From NCBI GenBank assembly GCA_024401825.1, contig JAKSKF010000003.1, positions 4,948 through 68,947 of the forward strand: a stretch of 64,000 nt of DNA, in the 5' to 3' direction. This DNA comes from Bacteroidales bacterium (GTDB lineage: Bacteria; Bacteroidota; Bacteroidia; Bacteroidales; UBA932). Under the pieces are notes generated by a model. The model had not been told where the DNA came from and ran no database searches. It saw only the letters and a list, made by a program, of their open reading frames with translations. Both the position numbers and the translations under genes were made by a program. This document shows positions 47,617 through 58,400 of the stretch, piece after piece; the first letter of the stretch is position 1; each line of letters opens with the position of its first letter.

Positions 47617-48984
47617 ATGATTGAAGTCAAGACCAAGATTCACGACCAGTACTCCATAGAGTTCAAGATGGGGTTCGTCACCGATGGGCAGGAAAGCGAT
47701 TTCACCGTCGGGATGTGGTTCTTCGTGCCCGGAAGTCTTGACCTGACGCCGGCCACTTTTACAAAGACGGAATTCTACCGTTGTGTCAAGTCCAACGTCC
47801 GACTCATTACGCCGAGGTTCAGCCTGGGCGAGGTAGCCGGCGGGGAAGCATACCCCCTGAAATCGGTGAGGAACGCCGCGCCCGGGGATTACGATTACCA
47901 GCTCAAGCTTTTCTGCGCAATCGTCAAGAGCTCTCTCAGGGACGAACGGGACAAGATAATGGATGAACTGAATTCCGGTTCGGACCCTGCAGGGACTACG
48001 CGGCGCTACATCAGCGATACCCTGACCATTCTGGACGAATTCCTGAAACTGCCGCGGAACGACTGCCACAGATACTGCTGCGAATTCCTGTGCAACGTCA
48101 TCTGCGCCGACACTTTCTCACTCCCCATAGAGAGTCTGTGCCGGGAGGAATTCCTGGGTCTGCTGGGGAGGATTCACGACATCCGCGTGGAGAACGGTTT
48201 CGCCACCGTCAATCCCGACGACAGGGAAGGCAACAAGAACTACATCCACAGGCGCGGGGTACTGAAGAAATACGTGGAGAGCCATCTTTTCCTCAGGGTT
48301 CCCAAGAAGAGGGACGGATTCGTTCTGGAGCAGGCGCTGTTCAGCGTTGCCGCGGGGCTTGCGATGCTGTTCGCCACGGTTGTGGCCTGGGCCTTCCAGC
48401 GGCACTTCGGAAACCTTACCTGGCCTTTGTTCATAGCGTTGATTATCAGCTATATGATGAAGGACAGAATCAAGGAACTGATGCGCTACTACTTTGCGCA
48501 CAGAATCAGCGACAAGCACTTTGACAACAAGGCGAAAATAGGCCTGCGCTCACAGGTTATAGGGAAACTGCAGGAAGGTATGGACTTCATCCGTCACGGC
48601 AACGTCCCGCAGGACGTCCGCGAACTCAGGAACAGGAGCCACATCTTCAAGGCGGAGTCCGGGTTCATCGACGAGAGCGTCATCCTGTACCGCAAACGGG
48701 TGCAGCTGGACCTTGCCAAGATGCAGAACTGCAGCAACTACAAGCTGGAAGGAATCAATGACATAATACGGCTCCAGGTCCGCCCGTTCCTCAGGAAGAT
48801 GGACAACCCGGAGGTCAACGTGTCAAAAATCGACGGCGAGGGGAAGGTAATCTCCGTCCCCTGCTCCAAGGACTACTTCGTGAACATCATCCTGCAGTAC
48901 AAGTACGGCGACAAGACCGAATGCAGGCGCTACCGGCTGGACCTCAACCGGGACGGCATACAGTCTATGACCGAGGTCAAATAG
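47617..48984 (+). CDS. conserved-looking hypothetical protein with two TM helices
   Basis: 455 aa ORF starting 3 nt after the permease stop; hydrophobic pair ALFSVAAGLAMLFATVVAWAF / LFIALIISYM followed by KDRIKE. Confidence 0.7.
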   Translation: MIEVKTKIHDQYSIEFKMGFVTDGQESDFTVGMWFFVPGSLDLTPATFTKTEFYRCVKSNVRLITPRFSLGEVAGGEAYPLKSVRNAAPGDYDYQLKLFCAIVKSSLRDERDKIMDELNSGSDPAGTTRRYISDTLTILDEFLKLPRNDCHRYCCEFLCNVICADTFSLPIESLCREEFLGLLGRIHDIRVENGFATVNPDDREGNKNYIHRRGVLKKYVESHLFLRVPKKRDGFVLEQALFSVAAGLAMLFATVVAWAFQRHFGNLTWPLFIALIISYMMKDRIKELMRYYFAHRISDKHFDNKAKIGLRSQVIGKLQEGMDFIRHGNVPQDVRELRNRSHIFKAESGFIDESVILYRKRVQLDLAKMQNCSNYKLEGINDIIRLQVRPFLRKMDNPEVNVSKIDGEGKVISVPCSKDYFVNIILQYKYGDKTECRRYRLDLNRDGIQSMTEVK

Positions 48985-48995
48985 ACCGCGCGCTC

Positions 48996-50237
48996 TTATT
49001 TCCTGTCGTCAGACGACGGCTTCAGGACGAGCAGCTGCAGAAGGAGCGCCACCGTGACCACCGTTGCCATAAGGGCGAATCCCAGGCCCAGGTTGCCCTG
49101 GTCGGCCCACTTTCCGAGCATTTTGGTGATGACTGCGCCCATAAAGACTCCCGTCATATTCATAAGGCCGTAGGCCGTGGCCCTGTTTCTGGCCGGAACG
49201 AACTGGCAGAGTATGGGCATATTGTTGGTGTCCACCATACCGTAGCCCACGCCGAAGCACAGGCCGGCGCAGACGGCCGCCGCCATTCCGTGACCGACAC
49301 CGATGAATATCAGGGCGGGAATCATCAGGGCCATACCGATGGAACTGGTATAGATGCGGCCCCTGAGGTTCTTTTTGACCCATCTGTCAGACAGGGAGCC
49401 TCCCAGCAGCACACCCAGGAAGGATGAGGCCGCTATGGTTATGGTAGAGACGGGCCCAGCCTGGGACATAGGGATGCCCAGACTCTCCGAGAACAATGTG
49501 GGAAGCCAGTTCTTGGTGGCCCAGCCGGGAAGGGAAACCGACGCGAAGAAGAAAAGGATAATCCAGAACGCCACGTTGGAGAACACGAGCGCGAAGCTCT
49601 TCCATACGCTCTCCTTCCCGACACTCAGTTTCTCTGTTTCCTCCTCTCTGGAGCGAACCTTGTCCCGCAGGGCGAACACAAGCACCACGGCGTAGAGGAC
49701 TCCTATGATTCCGAACCAGCGGAAGGTCTGCTGCCAGGAGAAAGTCTCCGCCAGCCTGGCGCCGAATCCTCCCACCGCCTGGCCTATGTAGAGACCTGTC
49801 ATATGAATGCCGATTGCAAGACTCCTTGCGGAGCCGGTGAAGTAGTCGGCGATGAGCGAGAGGGCCGCGGGTATGTAGAGGGCCTCGCTGATGCCCATTA
49901 CGGCGCGAAGCCAGTATATCTGGTTGAAAGTGGTGCAGTGTCCCATAAGCAGGGTCACCGTGGACCATACGCCCAGTGACGCCACTATGAGCCATTTTCG
50001 GCTGATTCTGTCCGCCACGGCTCCGGCGAAAGGACTGATGCAACCGTAAATCCACAGGAATATGGCCATCAGCCGGCCGAAATTCACGGCGGATTCAAGT
50101 TCGGAGATGTCAATCTGCATCGCTTCCCTCATAGTGGACAGCATCTGGCGGTCCATATAGTTGAGCAGCGCAACCACCCACAGCAGGAGAACTGCTATCC
50201 AGGGATATATCCTGGCGAATCCGGTATTCTCTTTCAT
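48996..50237 (-). CDS. nanT: MFS transporter (NanT-like sialic acid permease)
   Basis: LNYMDRQ, GAVADRISRK, RAVMGISEALYIPA and SDRW; downstream of nanL. Confidence 0.8.
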   Translation of the reverse strand: MKENTGFARIYPWIAVLLLWVVALLNYMDRQMLSTMREAMQIDISELESAVNFGRLMAIFLWIYGCISPFAGAVADRISRKWLIVASLGVWSTVTLLMGHCTTFNQIYWLRAVMGISEALYIPAALSLIADYFTGSARSLAIGIHMTGLYIGQAVGGFGARLAETFSWQQTFRWFGIIGVLYAVVLVFALRDKVRSREEETEKLSVGKESVWKSFALVFSNVAFWIILFFFASVSLPGWATKNWLPTLFSESLGIPMSQAGPVSTITIAASSFLGVLLGGSLSDRWVKKNLRGRIYTSSIGMALMIPALIFIGVGHGMAAAVCAGLCFGVGYGMVDTNNMPILCQFVPARNRATAYGLMNMTGVFMGAVITKMLGKWADQGNLGLGFALMATVVTVALLLQLLVLKPSSDDRK

Positions 50238-51241
50238 AATTTTCCGTCAATCATCCATACTTCCTTCGAACGTATTCCCGGCTTGGTCTCTCCTCCAATC
50301 GAGACTATTCCACCCCTGAAATTGGCGAGAGCGGCGCCCGCGCGGGCAAGATGGGGAGAACTTACGACCCTCTCCCAACTGCAGGAGAGAGAATCGAAGA
50401 CGAGCAGTTCGCCGCGGAACCTGTAATATTCCTCCGGCTGGAGACGATACTCCTGAACTTCGTCACCGGTAAGGCGCAGGGCTCGGGTGAGAATTTCAGG
50501 GTCGCAGCCTCCCGCCGCACAGTTTCCCATAGGAGCGGAGCCGGTGAAGGTGATGTCCGCGCCGAGGCCGGACCATTCGCCGCTCAGGGCATTGCGCCTG
50601 AAACCTCCGGTGAGCGCTTCGGCGGAAACGGGGTCCAGTCCGCCCCAGATGCAGAGGTCATCCCCGCACATCACGGCTACGGCCTGAACCATAGGGCGCG
50701 GCAGTTCGCCTATGACGCTCCACTGACCGTCGGTGAAGGAGAACACATCCAGGGAAGGTTCTCCGTTGGAGAGCCCACCGGCGAGATAAATAACGTCGCC
50801 TGCACCGCACCAGGCGGCCTGTTCAAGCGCCTTGGGGAGCGGAGGAAGTTCTTCAACCCCGTCCTCTGACAACAGCCAGACCTTGTCCAGAGTGCCATTG
50901 GCGTTGGCTCCTCCCATTATGAGGATACCGCCTTCCGTCTGTATATAGGCGCCGTATGCGGAGGCTTCCGGCAGGACGCCTGCCTTTTCCCATCCTTTTT
51001 CTCCAAGGACGAGAATGTCGTCATAGAACTTCTTGGCGCCGCCTTCGGTCAGGGGTTTGTCCGGGAAGTTGCAGCCGCCGGCTATGTAGAGTTTTTCACC
51101 TGCCTGTCCGGCATACAGGCCCGAAAGGCCCGCGCCGGGAAGCGACGGCAGCTGTGTCAGGCGTTCCCCGCAGGAGCAGCAGAGCAGCGGCAGGGAAAAC
51201 GCGGTGGCGAAAAGTCTGGCAGAATGGTTCCTGTTTGTCAT
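50234..51241 (-). CDS. kelch-repeat lipoprotein, NanM-like mutarotase
   Basis: IAGGCNFP, repeated GG...W kelch blades and GGETKPGIRS. Confidence 0.75.
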   Translation of the reverse strand: MTNRNHSARLFATAFSLPLLCCSCGERLTQLPSLPGAGLSGLYAGQAGEKLYIAGGCNFPDKPLTEGGAKKFYDDILVLGEKGWEKAGVLPEASAYGAYIQTEGGILIMGGANANGTLDKVWLLSEDGVEELPPLPKALEQAAWCGAGDVIYLAGGLSNGEPSLDVFSFTDGQWSVIGELPRPMVQAVAVMCGDDLCIWGGLDPVSAEALTGGFRRNALSGEWSGLGADITFTGSAPMGNCAAGGCDPEILTRALRLTGDEVQEYRLQPEEYYRFRGELLVFDSLSCSWERVVSSPHLARAGAALANFRGGIVSIGGETKPGIRSKEVWMIDGKL

Positions 51242-51243
51242 AT

Positions 51244-52161
51244 CTACAGTCTGTTACAACGTTCAAAGAAACCTATGGCCTCCAGTTCCTTCTTCATAGA
51301 GGCCTCCTCGTCGTCCGTCATATTGCGCCAGGGCACGCGGTTGGGGCCGAGGTCCAGTCCGATGAGTTTCATTATTCTCTTGCCGCCCACTATGTTGCCG
51401 CGATAACGGCAGATTACGTTGATGACTTCCTGGCTGAAGTTCTGAAGTTCCTGGGCCTTCTCAATGTCTCCGGCCGCCCAGGCCTCCCCTATCGCCACCT
51501 GCTCGCGCCCGTTGTAGTTGGTGGTCCCGCAGATTCCTCCCTGCGCCCCTCCCTGCGCCAGACTGGCGAGATAGGTTTCGTCCTGACCGTGGAGCATATC
51601 ATACTTGCCTCCGGCATACAGCCTGCACTGGTTGTACTCGTAGAGACTCTCGAAGGTGTACTTGATGCCGGCGAAGTTGGGAATCCTGCCGTCCACAGCC
51701 TTCAGAAGGTCCAACATAGGCAGGTTGCAGCCGTTGAACGCCGGTATGTGATAGAAATAGAAAGGCAGGGAGGGCGCCGCCGCGGCAATGGCCTCGCAAT
51801 ACTTCACCAGTTCCTCGATGCGTCCTATCTTGGGGAAGGGAGGCGCCATCGAGCCGATGCCCCACGCGCCAATCTGCGCGGCGTGCTTTGCGAGTTCCAC
51901 GCTCTCACGCAGACAGCAGCTGCCCACGTGGACTATCACCTTGAATCCCGCAGGCACGCTTGCCATCCATTTCTCGGCCAGCTGCTTGCGCTCGTCGGTG
52001 GTGAGCATATAGCCCTCGCCGGACGAACCGTTGATGAACACGCCCTTGAGCCCGTTGCTCGCCAGCATTGAGGCATAAGCGGGAATCGGCTCCGGATTGA
52101 TGTCCCCGTTGGGCTTCATCGGGGTGAAGGGAGCGTCTATGAGTCCTGTTATTCTTTCCAT
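51244..52161 (-). CDS. nanA: N-acetylneuraminate lyase (Bacteroidetes NanL)
   Basis: APFTP, NGSSGEG, VHVG, FYHIP, GIKYT and GTTNY. Confidence 0.9.
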   Translation of the reverse strand: MERITGLIDAPFTPMKPNGDINPEPIPAYASMLASNGLKGVFINGSSGEGYMLTTDERKQLAEKWMASVPAGFKVIVHVGSCCLRESVELAKHAAQIGAWGIGSMAPPFPKIGRIEELVKYCEAIAAAAPSLPFYFYHIPAFNGCNLPMLDLLKAVDGRIPNFAGIKYTFESLYEYNQCRLYAGGKYDMLHGQDETYLASLAQGGAQGGICGTTNYNGREQVAIGEAWAAGDIEKAQELQNFSQEVINVICRYRGNIVGGKRIMKLIGLDLGPNRVPWRNMTDDEEASMKKELEAIGFFERCNRL

Positions 52162-52238
52162 AAGTATTCTGTTTTATAGTTCTATAAAGATAGTAAAAGT
52201 TTGGGAAACGGAAAACAAATCTCCGGAAGAGTTTTACC

Positions 52239-53750
52239 CTAGCGTCTCCGGAGCCAGGAGAGTGAAAAATTCTCATACCACAGTTCACAGGCTCCCGTGG
52301 GGTCTTCCTCGAGATATGCTCCTATGGTTCCGTCCGCAAGCACGGTGAGGGACGAATAGACGGAAGGGCCGTGACAGATGCTCTTGTGCTCGGGCCAGGT
52401 CCTGCCTTCGTCGAAGCTGAGGAACACGCTGACATTCTCCCTCTTCATAGAGTTCGGGACAGAATGAAGCAACGTGCCGTCGTCGTATCTTATCAGGTCT
52501 CCGTTGCAGGCATTGGTGCAGATTTCTTCCCAACGGCCCGGCTCTCCCCAGGTCTCCCCTCCGTCTTCCGACAGGGTGAAAGCCCTGTTGCCGTTCTGAC
52601 GTATGCTCATAAGTATCCTGCCGTCATTCAGTTCCACCATCTTGGCCTCGTCTCCTTTGTCCGCGAAGGCGATTTGAGACACGTGCCAGCTTTCTCCCCC
52701 GTCGTCAGTATAAACCGCGTGATTGCAGAGCCCTCTCCAACTGTCGTAGGTACAGACATTGGCCACGAGCATCCTCCCCTTGTGCGGACTGTTTTTCAGT
52801 ACCAGAGAGTTGCCGCTGCTGAAAAAGGATGAATTGTATCGTTTGCAGAACGGGTTGACCGGGTCCGGCCCCCATATGGAGGATGTAATGTCCCTCGGCT
52901 CGCTCCAGGTCCTGCCGTGGTCTTTGCTTACAGAGAAATATGACCTCTGCGGGTCTTCCCAACAGGACTTGTCCAGACGCTGTCCTCCGCAGAAAGTGCA
53001 GATGACCGTTCCATCCTCGAGTTCGGCAAGTCCGGGGTCCCCGAATCCGAACATCCTGCCGCCGTTTTTTGCAATATAGACAGGCTCGCTCCAACTGCGG
53101 CCTCCGTCCGTGCTGTAACGGCTCACCACGTCGATTTCATTTGGAAGGTCCTCCTGCGAGGCGTTTCTGCGGTCATTGACGGTGAGAAGAGTGCCGTCGG
53201 AGAGTTGCAGTATTGCCGGGATTCGCCAATAGTCGGAGCCGTAGTCCCCGGGCTTGTAGAGACATTTGCGGCAAAGCAGGATTTCCCTGTACCCGGGCGC
53301 AGGAGCCACAGGCTCCACGACGTGTCCGGAAACGTTGACAGAGAATATGTCCGCGGATACCAGGCCCCCTTCCCGCGCCGCCGGGGTGATGTCTGCGCAC
53401 AGGACAAGGGTAAGTTTCCTGTCGGCCTCGGCCTTGAAACGCAGTTTGTAGCCGTTCCTCCCGGGACTGACCTTCGCGCTCGCGAGCGTCTCGCCTTCCC
53501 TCTTTATCCGAAGGAGGGCCACATCACCCGCATCGGCGTCGAGATTCACGGAAACGGACTTGACGACGAAAGAAGAGTCGGAAGACAGATTGACGTACAG
53601 CAGGGGCTCTTCCGCGTTTCCCCTCCCGGTAAAGTTTGTGTCCCTGGCCAGTTCCACTGACAGGGAACCGTCACGCGCTGACGGGGCGGAGCAGGCCGAC
53701 AGCGAGACGAGCGCAGTCAGGACTGCCGCGGATAAAAGTTTCATATTCAT
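52239..53750 (-). CDS. nanH: GH33 exo-alpha-sialidase lipoprotein
   Basis: WRIP motif and five Asp-boxes (STDGGRSW, SKDHGRTW, TDDGGESW, SEDGGETW, SFDEGRTW); YSSL. Confidence 0.9.
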   Translation of the reverse strand: MNMKLLSAAVLTALVSLSACSAPSARDGSLSVELARDTNFTGRGNAEEPLLYVNLSSDSSFVVKSVSVNLDADAGDVALLRIKREGETLASAKVSPGRNGYKLRFKAEADRKLTLVLCADITPAAREGGLVSADIFSVNVSGHVVEPVAPAPGYREILLCRKCLYKPGDYGSDYWRIPAILQLSDGTLLTVNDRRNASQEDLPNEIDVVSRYSTDGGRSWSEPVYIAKNGGRMFGFGDPGLAELEDGTVICTFCGGQRLDKSCWEDPQRSYFSVSKDHGRTWSEPRDITSSIWGPDPVNPFCKRYNSSFFSSGNSLVLKNSPHKGRMLVANVCTYDSWRGLCNHAVYTDDGGESWHVSQIAFADKGDEAKMVELNDGRILMSIRQNGNRAFTLSEDGGETWGEPGRWEEICTNACNGDLIRYDDGTLLHSVPNSMKRENVSVFLSFDEGRTWPEHKSICHGPSVYSSLTVLADGTIGAYLEEDPTGACELWYENFSLSWLRRR

Positions 53751-53761
53751 AGTGACAAACG

Positions 53762-53799
53762 GAAAAGAGGCGGGCCCAAAAAGCCTTTTGGCCCGCCTC
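53762..53799 (-). terminator. intrinsic terminator after susD/nanU
   Basis: GAGGCGGGCC...GGCCCGCCTC stem followed by TTTT on the minus strand. Confidence 0.7.
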
Positions 53800-53817
53800 C
53801 AATTCTAAAAGACAATA

Positions 53818-55464
53818 TCAATAGCCTACGGTCTGGACCAGTTTGGGGTCTGAGCCGAGAATAGTCTTGTCAATAGGCCACAGAAGCTTGTATGCCTCAC
53901 TTTCCTTGAGGACAGGCTGATTGGCAAGAGCGGGGTCGTCGGAAGGACAGACTTCCGCGCAGAACGCAAGATGGTCCGTTTCGGCTCCGTTCTTCTTTGT
54001 GGTCATACGGCAGAGGTCCCACCAACGCTGGCCTTCATTCACGAACTCCTTGTCCTTCTCACGGAGGATGGCGATTTCGTTCGCCTTGAAGTCTCCGTTG
54101 TTGACATACTTGAATTCATTGCTCCAGCTGTCGCCGTAAGCGCGCTCGCGCACCTTGTTGATGTAGGTCGCGACGTCGGAGGAAGCGGGATTCTCGAAGT
54201 TGGCTATCTCCGCCAGTGCAAGATAGACGCCGGCAAGACGATAGTAAATCTGGTCTCCGTCATAGACGTGGACGCCTGCGGCATTCACGTGCCCGAGGTT
54301 CTTTCCTACGGGTGTGCTGGCAAGGTGCAAAGTTCCCTGCTCGTCCTTTGTGAACGCGGCGGCGAAGGTCACGTCACGACGGGTATCCTCAGCATCGAAC
54401 GACTCCCAGAGGGCGTTCTTGTATTCATACCACTGGCTGCCGCCGCCGTTGAGGTGGAAGGGGTCGCCGAATTTCTCGCCTTTCTCATTGAACAGGCCCA
54501 TAATGTTGCCGCGTCCGTCGGTCATATGAGTATAGTTCACGCCGATGGGGTTGCTTGCCTCGTTCTCAAGATAGCGTATGGCGAAGATGACTTCGTTGCC
54601 GCACTTGTTGTCCACGGAGAACACGTCGGCGAATTCACCTTCCAGACTGAGTCCGTAGTCATTGAGCAGATTGGTGAAATAGGTCTTGGCCTGGGTGATG
54701 TCTCCGGGCTCCGCAGCGTGCTTTCCTTTAGTGCCGTTGACGGAAACCTTGGCGTTCCAGAGATATACCTCGCCTGCGAGATACTCCGTAGCGGCCTTTG
54801 ACCAGGTAATCTTGGCGCCGTGTCCGTAGGGATTGAAATCCTTCACTTCGCCGAAACTGGTCAGAGAGGATTTGATGTCCTCCTTGATATTCTTGATGAC
54901 ATCATCGGCGCTGGAGCGCTCCATATAGAGTTTCGTGGGGTCCGTCTCACCTTCAATCACCTCTATTTCCGTACGGTAGGGAACTTCTCCGAAGGACCTG
55001 TACAGGTCGAAATAGAGGAAGGCCCTCATACCGTAGGCGATGCCCAGATAGTAGTTCTTCTTGGCCGGGGGAAGGATTTCGGTCGCCTCGGTCCTCTTGA
55101 TGAAGAGGTTGACCTGGGTGATTGCTCCGTAATAACCGGCAAAGTTGTTGAGCGTATTCTCCGCGCTGAGATTGGAGAGGATGATGGGGATATTGAGAGT
55201 GGTCGAACCGTCCGTCGTGCCGCCGGTAGCCTTGTAGAGACCTCCGCGACATTCACCGAGGAACATCGTGCGTGTCTGGCAAAGATTGCGCAGATACATA
55301 TTCAGGGAATAGATATATCCGTCGAACTGCGCTTCGGAGGTCCAGAAGGAACCGCTTCCGTAGTAGTCGATGGGGACGAGTTCCAGCTGCTTGTTGCAGG
55401 ACGGGAATGAGAATACTGAAGCTATCAGTACAAGTGCGGAAGCAATCGATTGTATCTTTTTCAT
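53818..55464 (-). CDS. nanU: SusD family lipoprotein, NanU-like
   Basis: Lipobox, PIDYYGSGSFW, GMRAFLYFDLYRSFG, YRLA..YL..AE and EFVNEGQRWWDL.R. Confidence 0.8.
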   Translation of the reverse strand: MKKIQSIASALVLIASVFSFPSCNKQLELVPIDYYGSGSFWTSEAQFDGYIYSLNMYLRNLCQTRTMFLGECRGGLYKATGGTTDGSTTLNIPIILSNLSAENTLNNFAGYYGAITQVNLFIKRTEATEILPPAKKNYYLGIAYGMRAFLYFDLYRSFGEVPYRTEIEVIEGETDPTKLYMERSSADDVIKNIKEDIKSSLTSFGEVKDFNPYGHGAKITWSKAATEYLAGEVYLWNAKVSVNGTKGKHAAEPGDITQAKTYFTNLLNDYGLSLEGEFADVFSVDNKCGNEVIFAIRYLENEASNPIGVNYTHMTDGRGNIMGLFNEKGEKFGDPFHLNGGGSQWYEYKNALWESFDAEDTRRDVTFAAAFTKDEQGTLHLASTPVGKNLGHVNAAGVHVYDGDQIYYRLAGVYLALAEIANFENPASSDVATYINKVRERAYGDSWSNEFKYVNNGDFKANEIAILREKDKEFVNEGQRWWDLCRMTTKKNGAETDHLAFCAEVCPSDDPALANQPVLKESEAYKLLWPIDKTILGSDPKLVQTVGY

Positions 55465-55498
55465 AATATTTGCTTTTTAGATGGTTGTACTGTCAGGT

Positions 55499-58400
55499 TT
55501 AGAATGTGATGTTAGCTCCGAAAAGAAGAGTGCGGGGAACAGGATATGAGAAGCTGCTTGAACCGCCGACCGTAGGATTGATTACATAGGCGCCGGTAAT
55601 GTAGCCGAGGTTCTGTCCCGTAATCGAAAGCTCAATCTTCTGGGCGTGGATGGCGTCCATCCATTTCTTGGGAAGAGAGTATGAGAGGCAGAGTTCGCGG
55701 ACTCCGAGATATGCTCCGTTGTAGGTGAACATGGAGTTGGCGTTGATGTAGTTGTTGGGGCCCAACTGGTCAGCCCAGATGTAACGGGGATATTTTCCGT
55801 TGGGATTTTCAGCGGAATAAGTGTCCCATACATCCTTTGTCATATTGAACGCGCCCTGCATACAACCCATATACCAGGAGAGTGAAGACTGGGTGTTCTC
55901 ACAAATCTTGTAGCCGAAAGCATAGTCGAATGCGGCATAGAAGGTGATTCCCTTCCAGCGGAACGTGGTGTTGAAACCGCCGGTCCAGTGAGGAGTGGAG
56001 TTGCCGAGAACGACCTGGTCCTTGGAGTCGATGATACCGTCTCCGTTGATGTCTTTCCAGTGCTGGTCACCGGGAGCGAGGAGGATTCCGTTGGCCCTGT
56101 CCGCCTCGGACAGCTTTGCCCATTCAGCGGGTGAATACAGGGTCTTGCCGCTGTAGGTGGTGGTACCGTCTACTTTATACCCCTCGGGGAAATCGCTTTC
56201 GCTCCTGAAAAGTCCCAGGGACTGGTAGCCTACGATGACACCGGGCTCCTGACCTTCCTGATAACCGCCTACCCACACGGTTTCGTTTCCGTTGCCGGTG
56301 TAAATCTCAGTACCGCCCTGACGGTTGTTGGGAAGTCCGTTGTCAGGGAGTTTCACAACCTTGTTCCTGTTGTATGTGATGTTGGCCGACAAATCCCACT
56401 GGAAATCAGTGGTCCTGATAATCTTGCCGGAGAGTTCAATCTCGACGCCCTGGTTGCGGAACTGACCGTTGTTGCTCTTGATTGAAGAGTAACCGGTTGT
56501 CTGGGGCAGTGAAAGGTTCGCATACTTGTCGTCGGTAAGACGATTGTAGTAGGTGATGTTGGCGTTCAGCCTGTTGTGGAAGAAGCTCACGTCTGCGCCG
56601 ACCTCGAAGGTCTTGGTCTTTTCCCAGCGGAGACCCGGGTTGGGAAGAGTGCTCAGATAGAATCCGGTGTTGGCGTTGTATGAGGTTGAGCTGTACGCGC
56701 CCTGAAGGTCATAGGCGCCGATTCCGGATGCGTTACCGTTGATACCGTAAGAAACGCGGAGCTTGCCGAAGGACATCGCGGGAATGGCGTTCTTCACGAA
56801 ATCTTCCTTGCCGAACACCCAACCGGCAGACACTCCGGGGAAGAAGCCCCAGCGATTGTTGAGAAGCGCCGAGTAACCGTCCTCGCGGAAGGTGGCGGAA
56901 ATCAGGTACTTGCCCTGATAGTCGTAGTTGACGCGTCCGAAGAATGAGGAAATGCGATACTGCTCGTGGGCTGAGTCGATGCTTCTCTTTCCTTCTCCTT
57001 TGTCGGTTAGTCCGAGATCTCTGAAGTCATCGGTAGGAGCGCCTTGGCCGGATGCGGACATACCCTTGAAACTTCTGTCATAGAACTCGTAACCTACCAT
57101 GGCGTCCAGGTTATGCCCGGCCGCTATCTCCTTGGAGAACTGGAGTGTTGCGTTGTAGGTCTGGGTGAAATAGTGCTGGAACACTCCCGAGGTGGAACGG
57201 GTCCTGTTGAAAGACGTGCCGGCCTGGTTGGTCTGGAAGTCCTTGTTGAATGACTCGTTATAGTTCTGGTTGTAGTACCAGTTGCCGCTGACGTTGAACG
57301 TGAGATAATCTGTTATTCTTGCCGAGAATGCCTGATTGAAAGTTGCCTTGAGATTCTCGTTGTCGCGGAAGAACTTGTCGTTCTGGAAGTTCTGGTTACC
57401 GTCGCCGGTGGAGTTTCCAAGCAGCATATGGCCCTCCTCATCCTCGAAGCGGACAGTGGGCGGCGTTGACATTATACGGCCGAAGTAGCTGTTCTCACTT
57501 CCCTGAGTACCTGTAAGGGAACGGTACTTTGAACGGGAGAAGTTGACGCTTGACTTTGAAGTCAGCCAGTCAGTAATCTTGTAGGAACCGTTGAATATGA
57601 AGCTCAGACGGTTGTAGTAGGTGGTACGGGCAAGACCGTCGGAGGAATTGTATCCCAAGCCGGCGTAGTAAGAGCCCTTTTCATTGCCGCCGGACATATT
57701 CACGTTGTAGTCCTGGGAAACGGAAGGAGTGTTGATGTTGTAGTCCGAAGGCCTTGTGTTCTTGAAGATGATGGCCGTCTTTCCGTCGACAGGGTCAATC
57801 ATTTCCTCCCAGCCCTTCTGGAGAAGGAATGCGTTCTCGTTGGTCTTGCGGAGAATGTTGAACTGGGTCGAAGGAGTGATTTCAGTGGCCCCCGTACCGT
57901 ATGCGTTCACGGCGCTGAGGGTGGAGGCGTTTGCCCAATGGGATTCATTGTAGGCCTTGCGCATCCAATAGATGTAGTCGCGGGCGTCGCACATTTCCCA
58001 GGGAAGATAGAAATAGTTCATACCGACCTTGGCCTTGAAATTGATTTCCCTGTGGCCTTCCTTACCGGTCTTTGTGGTGATGAGCACTACGCCGTTGGAG
58101 GCGCGGGCACCGTAGATGGCGGTTGCGCCCGCATCCTTGAGGACGTCCATCGATTCGATATCCTCGGGGTTGATGTCCTCCATAGAGTCACGGAGCTGGC
58201 CGTCGACTATCACGAGAGGGGCATTGGAAGTGCCGTCGAAGTTGGTACCGCCTCGAAGGGTGATGGTAGGCATAGCGTTGGGGTTACCTGAACTCTGCAC
58301 TACGCGGAAGCCGGAAACCGCACCGGCAAGGGCGGAACCGGGGTTTGTGAATGAACCGACCTGGAACACCTTCTCGTCAACTTTCGCAATTGAGTTGGTA

